Virus record (IMG/VR): IMGVR_UViG_3300045988_013921
Coordinates: 1-18,179 of that record
Strand: one strand, 5' to 3'
Source of the DNA: a virus
Length of the DNA: 18,179 nt
Position 1 is the first letter of the stretch; every line of letters starts with the position of its first letter. The notes under the pieces are model-generated. The model saw nothing but the letters and a program-made list of their open reading frames with translations. It was not told the DNA's origin and did not search any database. The translations under genes were made by a program, and so were the position numbers. Shown in pieces: positions 14,069 to 18,179 of this stretch.

Positions 14069-15127
14069 CTACTTTTTCAGCGCGCCCGCTTCTGCCAGCC
14101 ACCGGTCAAATTGCCGTCGTGATCGCCAATAACCCTCACTGTTACCCTTGAAAATCGAGGCGAAACCGTGTCGAACGGGGTCATACATCGTCCAATCAAA
14201 AACGATGCGGGGGGCGTCTGTCTGTTCGATAAACGCGCGTTTCTGTGCTGCGGATAGTTGACGGAATCGTTTCAATCGTTTCGAACCGAGCGAGGTGGCA
14301 AGAATCTTTTCGAACACCTCATAGCGTCCGCGCGACATGTAAGATGGCCATTCGTGCTCACCGTACAAGTCTTTGCTCTTTTTCCCCGTCCTCTGTTTTG
14401 TAGACTTGCGTTTCTGTTCGGTGCGCAGTCCTAAGATTTCGGCTGCGTCATGCATTTGCTCAAGCAGCTCGTTACGGTGACCGCTCTCCAATTGGGAGCG
14501 CACGAACGCTTCGTCACTCAATACGTTTGTCATCCGCAGAAAATCCGTGAGTTTTGATGGGATGATCTGAGTTCGTCCGAAACCCTCGCCGGTAGTGCCG
14601 GTGATTTCTGCCACGCGCTGATCGTATACGCTGCGACGTGGCATTGCCTGCGCCTTGTTCCATTCGTTGATTTTCCGTCTTGCCGCATTGATTTTCCGCT
14701 GCTGCTGCCGTAACAGTTTACGTCGTTTCGCCACGGGTTCCGCTTCGATCTGAGCATTCGTGATGGGCGCGCGTTGGGCGAACATAATGTCTTTTTTCGT
14801 CGGCTTTTCCACAGCGGTGGCATGGTATGGCGTGCTTTTCGCTTCCGCTATGGCCTGTTTCTTCTGCCGATCCCACTCTTTGCCCAAGGTTTTTGCGATA
14901 TTGACCAATTGCTTGTCGGCGGTTTTTGCGAGATTTGTATGGGAGTATGACCCAAGCTTGCTAATGTTGCGGGCTGCGCGTGCTTCCGCTGCCCGACGTG
15001 CCTTGACGTGCTTACGTGCATTGCCGTCCGCCTTGATGGCTACCGTGCCAATACCGGTATTGTTGGTGCGAGGGGTATAATATTGACTTGCGACTGCTCG
15101 GGATGATTTTCTTTTCTTACGTGACAT
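14069..15127 (-). CDS. Putative terminal protein (352 aa, highly basic)
   Basis: Assigned by position only. It lies immediately upstream of the protein-primed polymerase, as phi29 gene 3 does. It is K/R-rich, including an N-terminal MSRKKRKSSR. I recognised no sequence similarity. Confidence 0.55.
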   Translation of the reverse strand: MSRKKRKSSRAVASQYYTPRTNNTGIGTVAIKADGNARKHVKARRAAEARAARNISKLGSYSHTNLAKTADKQLVNIAKTLGKEWDRQKKQAIAEAKSTPYHATAVEKPTKKDIMFAQRAPITNAQIEAEPVAKRRKLLRQQQRKINAARRKINEWNKAQAMPRRSVYDQRVAEITGTTGEGFGRTQIIPSKLTDFLRMTNVLSDEAFVRSQLESGHRNELLEQMHDAAEILGLRTEQKRKSTKQRTGKKSKDLYGEHEWPSYMSRGRYEVFEKILATSLGSKRLKRFRQLSAAQKRAFIEQTDAPRIVFDWTMYDPVRHGFASIFKGNSEGYWRSRRQFDRWLAEAGALKK

Positions 15128-15146
15128 GTGCAGTCCTTAAGATGGC

Positions 15147-15172
15147 GAGAGCACCCAAGATTGGGTGCTCTC
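15147..15172 (-). promoter_or_regulatory. Stable leader hairpin upstream of the terminal-protein gene
   Basis: 11-bp stem GAGAGCACCCA/TGGGTGCTCTC (15147-15157 pairs with 15162-15172) with a 4-nt loop. No U-tract follows on either strand. It lies between the 15195 promoter and the AAGGAC SD of the TP gene. Confidence 0.5.
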
Positions 15173-15194
15173 TATGAACGAACGCTATTTAACG

Positions 15195-15203
15195 ATTATA
15201 GCA
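15195..15203 (-). promoter_or_regulatory. Extended -10 promoter TGCTATAAT upstream of the TP-pol genes
   Basis: Exact TGNTATAAT on the minus strand in the 79-bp SSB-TP intergenic region. Confidence 0.55.
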
Positions 15204-15206
15204 AGG

Positions 15207-15641
15207 TCACTTCGTCTCTTCGTCCACCGGCTCGATGCTGAAAAACTTGAAGCCGCGGCGGGAACGACGTTCCACTACCTTGATGGATAGCGGCGCGTCC
15301 CAAGTGTTCGGCGTGCCGAAGATACCGAACATGGTGTTCAGTCCGGCAGCGAGAGTGGGGGAGGTGGCCGCATACGCCTTGTTATCGTCGGTGACGATGA
15401 TGACGCGCACGGTATTGGAGATTTCGCCCGTCTGATCATCCGTCACCTGTACAGCCTGTGCGACTGCGTTCACCATGTTCAGGGTTTCGTTCAAATGTTC
15501 GTCAAGCTTTTCGGCGTTCTGCAATGCGGAGTAGAGCTTGATCTTGCCTTCGCGGGTGGAAGTGTCGATGAAGTGCTGGACAGTGCCGAGTTCGGTGGAC
15601 TCGGTATTGAATGCTACGAGTGCGGTGTTGGTGTTTTCCAT
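15207..15641 (-). CDS. Putative single-stranded DNA-binding protein (144 aa)
   Basis: It occupies the position of phi29 gene 5. The pattern VRVIIVTDDNKAYAATSPTLAAGLNTMFGIFGTPNTW..PLSIKVVERRSRRG resembles phage-type SSBs of Gram-positive phages as I recall them. This is not verified. Confidence 0.45.
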   Translation of the reverse strand: MENTNTALVAFNTESTELGTVQHFIDTSTREGKIKLYSALQNAEKLDEHLNETLNMVNAVAQAVQVTDDQTGEISNTVRVIIVTDDNKAYAATSPTLAAGLNTMFGIFGTPNTWDAPLSIKVVERRSRRGFKFFSIEPVDEETK

Positions 15642-15700
15642 AATATTACCTTCCCTTTATACTGTTGTTGTTATTTTGTTTAGGCTTATGCCTAAAATCT

Positions 15701-15709
15701 TTTATATCA
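15701..15709 (-). promoter_or_regulatory. Extended -10-like box TGATATAAA upstream of the SSB gene
   Basis: TG-N-TATAAA on the minus strand overlapping the stop codon of 15707..16021, about 60 nt upstream of the SSB ATG. Confidence 0.4.
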
Positions 15710-16021
15710 CATACCGTCATTATTTTCAATGTCGGCGTGTCGTTTTGTATGTTCTTCGGGATTCCATTCTTTCGGCTCCCCGAAAGTCGCATACTTATAA
15801 AAAGTTTCCTCATTCATGGAAACTTTTTGCGAAAAAATATTAATGGAACGTGGGATGAAATTCGGAAACAATTTCTTCGCACGAATCGAATACGCGCGCT
15901 CATCCTTAAGTCGCCCATCAATGACATGCTCGGCTTCCATAAAATCACCGTCCACCAATTCCATACCCTTGAGCACGGCATACACTCTCGTGCGAAAAAT
16001 ATCGGTTTTGGTTCTAGCCAT
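15707..16021 (-). CDS. Hypothetical early protein (104 aa); possible phi29 p6-like dsDNA-binding protein by size and position
   Basis: A GGGAGG SD is present. The gene lies immediately upstream of the SSB gene, as phi29 gene 6 does. It is similar in length, has an acidic C-terminus, and contains a TRVYAV..ELVDGDF segment reminiscent of my recollection of the p6 N-terminus. This is a weak assignment. Confidence 0.6.
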   Translation of the reverse strand: MARTKTDIFRTRVYAVLKGMELVDGDFMEAEHVIDGRLKDERAYSIRAKKLFPNFIPRSINIFSQKVSMNEETFYKYATFGEPKEWNPEEHTKRHADIENNDGM

Positions 16022-16026
16022 CTGTA

Positions 16027-16545
16027 TTACCTCCCTTGTAGCAAGATTTTCTGCAATTCAATGTCATTATACCGTGTCGTGTCCAGTCTGTCAAAATTTT
16101 TAAACACCGCAATAATAAGATTCTGAGCTTGTGGACTATCAAAAACCACACAGCAATCGAACGACGTGCACCCTTTGACAGCACAGACAGCACACCATGC
16201 GATCAGATTAGGCGGGTTGATGTGACCGTCCAAGCATTCCACGTCATACGTGCAGGACAGGGCTGCGGAAAACCCGTCCGATATGGTCATGCTCCCACAA
16301 ATCTGCGATACCGTTATCACCGCTTGCGTAAACCATGGGCTAGCCCCCTCACGCCACAGTTCGCATAGCATATTTACGGCACGGCAGCATGTCTCAAAAT
16401 CGCCATACCCCTTATCATAGCGTTTCAAATTCAGGTCACGTTTCCGTCCTTTCGTAGCCTTGACAATACGTGGCGATTCCATGATCGCATCATCAAATTT
16501 CCTCATGCGATAAATCGGTGTCCTATCATTGCCACGATTAAACAT
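16027..16545 (-). CDS. Hypothetical Cys-rich early protein (172 aa, 13 Cys)
   Basis: A GGAAAGG SD lies 7 nt upstream of the ATG, and the gene is tightly packed with its neighbours. I recognised no family. Confidence 0.65.
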   Translation of the reverse strand: MFNRGNDRTPIYRMRKFDDAIMESPRIVKATKGRKRDLNLKRYDKGYGDFETCCRAVNMLCELWREGASPWFTQAVITVSQICGSMTISDGFSAALSCTYDVECLDGHINPPNLIAWCAVCAVKGCTSFDCCVVFDSPQAQNLIIAVFKNFDRLDTTRYNDIELQKILLQGR

Positions 16546-16714
16546 AATAGCGCCTTTCCACCTTAAAATATGCGATATTCATCGTATGCGAGGGCACCGC
16601 AGCCCACTTGCGCACAAGCTCGGCGGCTTTATCGTACGAAGTGGCATACCCCACTTCGATAGGAGGCTTATCGCCATGCCTGAGATATGCCAGTGCGACA
16701 AAGGTTTCATACAC
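16538..16714 (-). CDS. Unlisted small ORF (58 aa, GTG start): hypothetical early protein
   Basis: Hand translation gives (V/M)YETFVALAYLRHGDKPPIEVGYATSYDKAAELVRKWAAVPSHTMNIAYFKVERRYYV. A TGGAG SD lies 7 nt upstream of the GTG. It fills the gap exactly and overlaps the next gene by 8 nt. It is below the 60-aa cutoff of the track. Confidence 0.45.
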   Translation of the reverse strand: MYETFVALAYLRHGDKPPIEVGYATSYDKAAELVRKWAAVPSHTMNIAYFKVERRYYV

Positions 16715-16716
16715 GA

Positions 16717-16911
16717 TTAAAACTCCAATTCCTCAGATTCAGCGCCAAATTGCCACATATCATGCCATAGTTGGAGGTTGGGACACCGTTTCGGCATTCC
16801 TCGCCTGTGCCTTACGCCCGCCCAAAACGCTCTCAGCCGCCAATACGTGTCGGCATAAAGACAATTCCTGCAAGTCCACGAATGCAGAAACCCAAGAAAA
16901 TACACGATCAA
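16717..16911 (-). CDS. Hypothetical small W/C/R-rich early protein (62-64 aa)
   Basis: It fits exactly between its neighbours. The start is either the TTG at 16911, overlapping the upstream TGA, or more likely the GTG at 16905 with AGGGA 6 nt upstream. It contains CxxC and has an acidic C-terminus. Confidence 0.45.
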   Translation of the reverse strand: MIVYFLGFLHSWTCRNCLYADTYWRLRAFWAGVRHRRGMPKRCPNLQLWHDMWQFGAESEELEF

Positions 16912-17153
16912 TCCCTATCCAATAATGGTGTGCGCGCGATATCGATAGCATCCAACATAAGATCAACCACCTGACTACCATCACCCGCATCATATGCACA
17001 CAAGGCGGTAGCATTGCAAACCCCGGCTAAAGTGCGGAATCGGACGGCATACCTCAACTCATACCTTTGACCATGCGGACAATACCACAACCCCACATTA
17101 CCCCCCACAAACTGCGAGGAAAACGTAGCAACCTTCATATCATGTTCAGCCAT
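16908..17153 (-). CDS. Hypothetical early protein (81 aa)
   Basis: ATG with a GAAAGG SD 8 nt upstream, and a normal-looking composition. Confidence 0.65.
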   Translation of the reverse strand: MAEHDMKVATFSSQFVGGNVGLWYCPHGQRYELRYAVRFRTLAGVCNATALCAYDAGDGSQVVDLMLDAIDIARTPLLDRD

Positions 17154-17154
17154 T

Positions 17155-17322
17155 TCAAAAACCTTTCACCACGAAAACCAAAACCATAGCCACGCTTACC
17201 GCAAGCATGACCAAGAAACAAAACGTGTCACGCCAATCACGCGGCAGTTCGCAAAACACCGAAGCAGCCATCGTGAGAAACAGTACGGAAAGTATGCAGA
17301 CGGCAACAATCATGCCAACCAT
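17155..17322 (-). CDS. Unlisted small membrane protein (55 aa, two predicted TM helices)
   Basis: Hand translation gives MVGMIVAVCILSVLFLTMAASVFCELPRDWRDTFCFLVMLAVSVAMVLVFVVKGF. The start ATG overlaps the upstream stop (TAATG). Its stop lies 1 nt before the next ATG. It is below the track cutoff. Confidence 0.6.
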   Translation of the reverse strand: MVGMIVAVCILSVLFLTMAASVFCELPRDWRDTFCFLVMLAVSVAMVLVFVVKGF

Positions 17323-17329
17323 TATACCA
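17321..17329 (-). promoter_or_regulatory. TGGTATAAT box at a gene junction (possible internal early promoter)
   Basis: Exact TGNTATAAT on the minus strand. However, it is partly dictated by the TAATG stop/start overlap, and a transcript starting here would miss the ATG of the 55-aa ORF. Confidence 0.3.
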
Positions 17330-17552
17330 GCACCACCTTAACCATACCTACCATAGTACTATCCATGTCAAACGTAGCATTATCAATATCCACGCTTACA
17401 TCCACACCGGCATAGGCGCTGCGGATATGAGACAGTACACCGTCCAGCGACGCTTTCAACGACGTCGTATGAAACATTCCGCTAGGCTTCACACAATCAG
17501 GTAGAATCTCAAACACCCGAAACCCATCATTAGCGATGATAAAATACCACAT
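17322..17552 (-). CDS. Hypothetical small acidic early protein (76 aa)
   Basis: An AAGGAG SD lies 7 nt upstream of the ATG. I count 9 D/E against 5 K/R. Confidence 0.65.
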   Translation of the reverse strand: MWYFIIANDGFRVFEILPDCVKPSGMFHTTSLKASLDGVLSHIRSAYAGVDVSVDIDNATFDMDSTMVGMVKVVLV

Positions 17553-17566
17553 GTCAATACTCCTTT

Positions 17567-17947
17567 TCAGCGATCAAACGACTCGAAACTCTTCAGCAAC
17601 TCTTCACGCATGGGGTCAGTCAATGTCACGTCATACCCCTTAGACTCACCGCAACGCAAACGCTCAGCACTAACAAAACGCCAAGAACGCTTCTCATACG
17701 CAAGCGTGAAATGAGTGCTCATAGGAACCCCACGGTAGGCGTTCGGAAAGTCCTGAGAGTTCAAATCAACATTGACAGTTAGACCCTCCATGCTTTTCTT
17801 GGTGCAACCGTCGAACTTCCGTTCGAGAATATAGACAGCATCATACACGTCATCAATATCAACGATACGAGTACGGGCAAAATGGTTAGCAGCATCAAGC
17901 TGAGACTTAACCTCAGTGTCATGCTTGTGATTAAGAATGATATTCAT
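17567..17947 (-). CDS. Hypothetical early protein (126 aa), the right-terminal gene
   Basis: Internal ATG at 17947 of track ORF 17567..18160, preceded by AAGGAAAGGAAA. This is the same SD/leader as the left terminal gene. The upstream extension is poly-T ITR sequence. Confidence 0.65.
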   Translation of the reverse strand: MNIILNHKHDTEVKSQLDAANHFARTRIVDIDDVYDAVYILERKFDGCTKKSMEGLTVNVDLNSQDFPNAYRGVPMSTHFTLAYEKRSWRFVSAERLRCGESKGYDVTLTDPMREELLKSFESFDR

Positions 17948-17978
17948 TTTATTTCCTTTCCTTGTGGTTGATATTTTT

Positions 17979-17987
17979 ATCATAACA
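17979..17987 (-). promoter_or_regulatory. Extended -10 promoter (TGTTATGAT) for the right-end early genes
   Basis: Mirror position of 193-201 in the degenerate ITR extension, 32 nt upstream of the ATG at 17947. Confidence 0.45.
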
Positions 17988-17998
17988 TAAACAAAACT

Positions 17999-18028
17999 AC
18001 GACACGCCCGAAAACAAACGACACGCCC
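17999..18028 (-). repeat. Mirror copies of the 11-bp direct repeats (ACGACACGCCC on plus strand at 17999-18009 and 18018-18028)
   Basis: Part of the perfect ITR, with the same geometry relative to the right-end promoters. Confidence 0.8.
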
Positions 18029-18041
18029 AAATAAAAAAAAC

Positions 18042-18070
18042 TTGACAAACTGGCGTGAAAAAAATATAAT
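18042..18070 (+). promoter_or_regulatory. Perfect consensus sigma70-type promoter firing outward toward base 18179
   Basis: TTGACA (18042-18047), 17-nt spacer AACTGGCGTGAAAAAAA, then TATAAT (18065-18070) on the plus strand. This is the ITR mirror of 110-138. Confidence 0.55.
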
Positions 18071-18179
18071 AGAACAGAAAACACAACAAAGCGACAACGA
18101 CGTCACATAACAAAAAAAAATAATATACAAATAAAAAAAACCACAAGGGAAAATCTTCACACAAATCCATACACCTCCC

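Larger units (their letters stand above)
17999..18179. repeat. Right inverted terminal repeat (ITR), 181 bp perfect
   Basis: Exact reverse complement of 1-181. Together with the protein-primed polymerase, this indicates that the window holds both physical ends of a linear genome. Confidence 0.97.

Noticed and set aside
15679-15696. Hairpin TTTAGGC-TTAT-GCCTAAA upstream of the SSB gene as a terminator
   Set aside because: It is only 7 bp with 3 GC pairs and has no U-tract on the coding strand. It also overlaps the predicted start region of the 15701 promoter.
16760-17014. 84-aa minus-strand ORF overlapping both 16908..17153 and 16717..16911
   Set aside because: It overlaps two ORFs that tile the region exactly with coupled junctions, and I saw no SD. 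It is probably an out-of-frame artefact.
18077-18179. The outward ITR run-off transcript as the pRNA itself
   Set aside because: The ~100-nt sequence is A-rich with almost no self-complementarity and no terminator, unlike the highly structured pRNA. The 12411-12596 unit is the better candidate.
1-18179. ITR-bounded element interpreted as a transposon, casposon, pipolin or integrated prophage
   Set aside because: There is no transposase, integrase, target-site duplication or flanking host DNA. The content is a full virion, packaging and lysis gene set with TP and a protein-primed PolB, and the repeats sit at the extreme ends of the window. This fits a free linear phage genome. I also noticed no tRNA, rRNA or CRISPR-like repeat array.

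Overview
The window appears to be a complete 18,179-bp linear genome of a small phi29-like, protein-primed podovirus (Picovirinae/Salasmaviridae style) of a Gram-positive host. Three lines of evidence support this. (1) There are perfect 181-bp inverted terminal repeats at both ends. (2) A family-B protein-primed DNA polymerase is preceded by a very basic putative terminal protein. (3) The late module is collinear with phi29 genes 7-8-9-10-11-12-13 plus 16-14-15: scaffold, capsid with Ig-like domains, tail knob, connector, lower collar, appendage/fibre, tail lysin, packaging ATPase, holin, endolysin. All genes but one lie on the minus strand, so the genome reads right to left: early ORFans, then SSB/TP/Pol, then structural genes, then packaging and lysis. 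The single plus-strand gene (235..480) faces inward from the left ITR. I saw no integrase, repressor, tRNA or CRISPR array. The most noteworthy observations are these. (i) A ~165-nt non-coding unit bracketed by a promoter and a terminator sits just downstream of the polymerase, in the position of the phi29 pRNA. (ii) Each ITR carries a perfect TTGACA-17-TATAAT promoter firing outward toward the genome end. It sits back-to-back with the inward terminal-gene promoter, with 11-bp direct repeats between them. (iii) Exact TGNTATAAT extended -10 boxes occur at module boundaries on the coding strand. (iv) The polymerase lacks a recognisable ExoI DxE motif and has altered motifs B and C. (v) The tail fibre carries an SGNH-esterase domain and tandem repeats, and a 60-aa mini-paralogue of its N-terminal anchor lies just upstream. 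(vi) A 15-bp perfect hairpin buries the start codon of the tail lysin. All homology statements come from reading the translations by eye and from memory of phi29 proteins, not from database searches.
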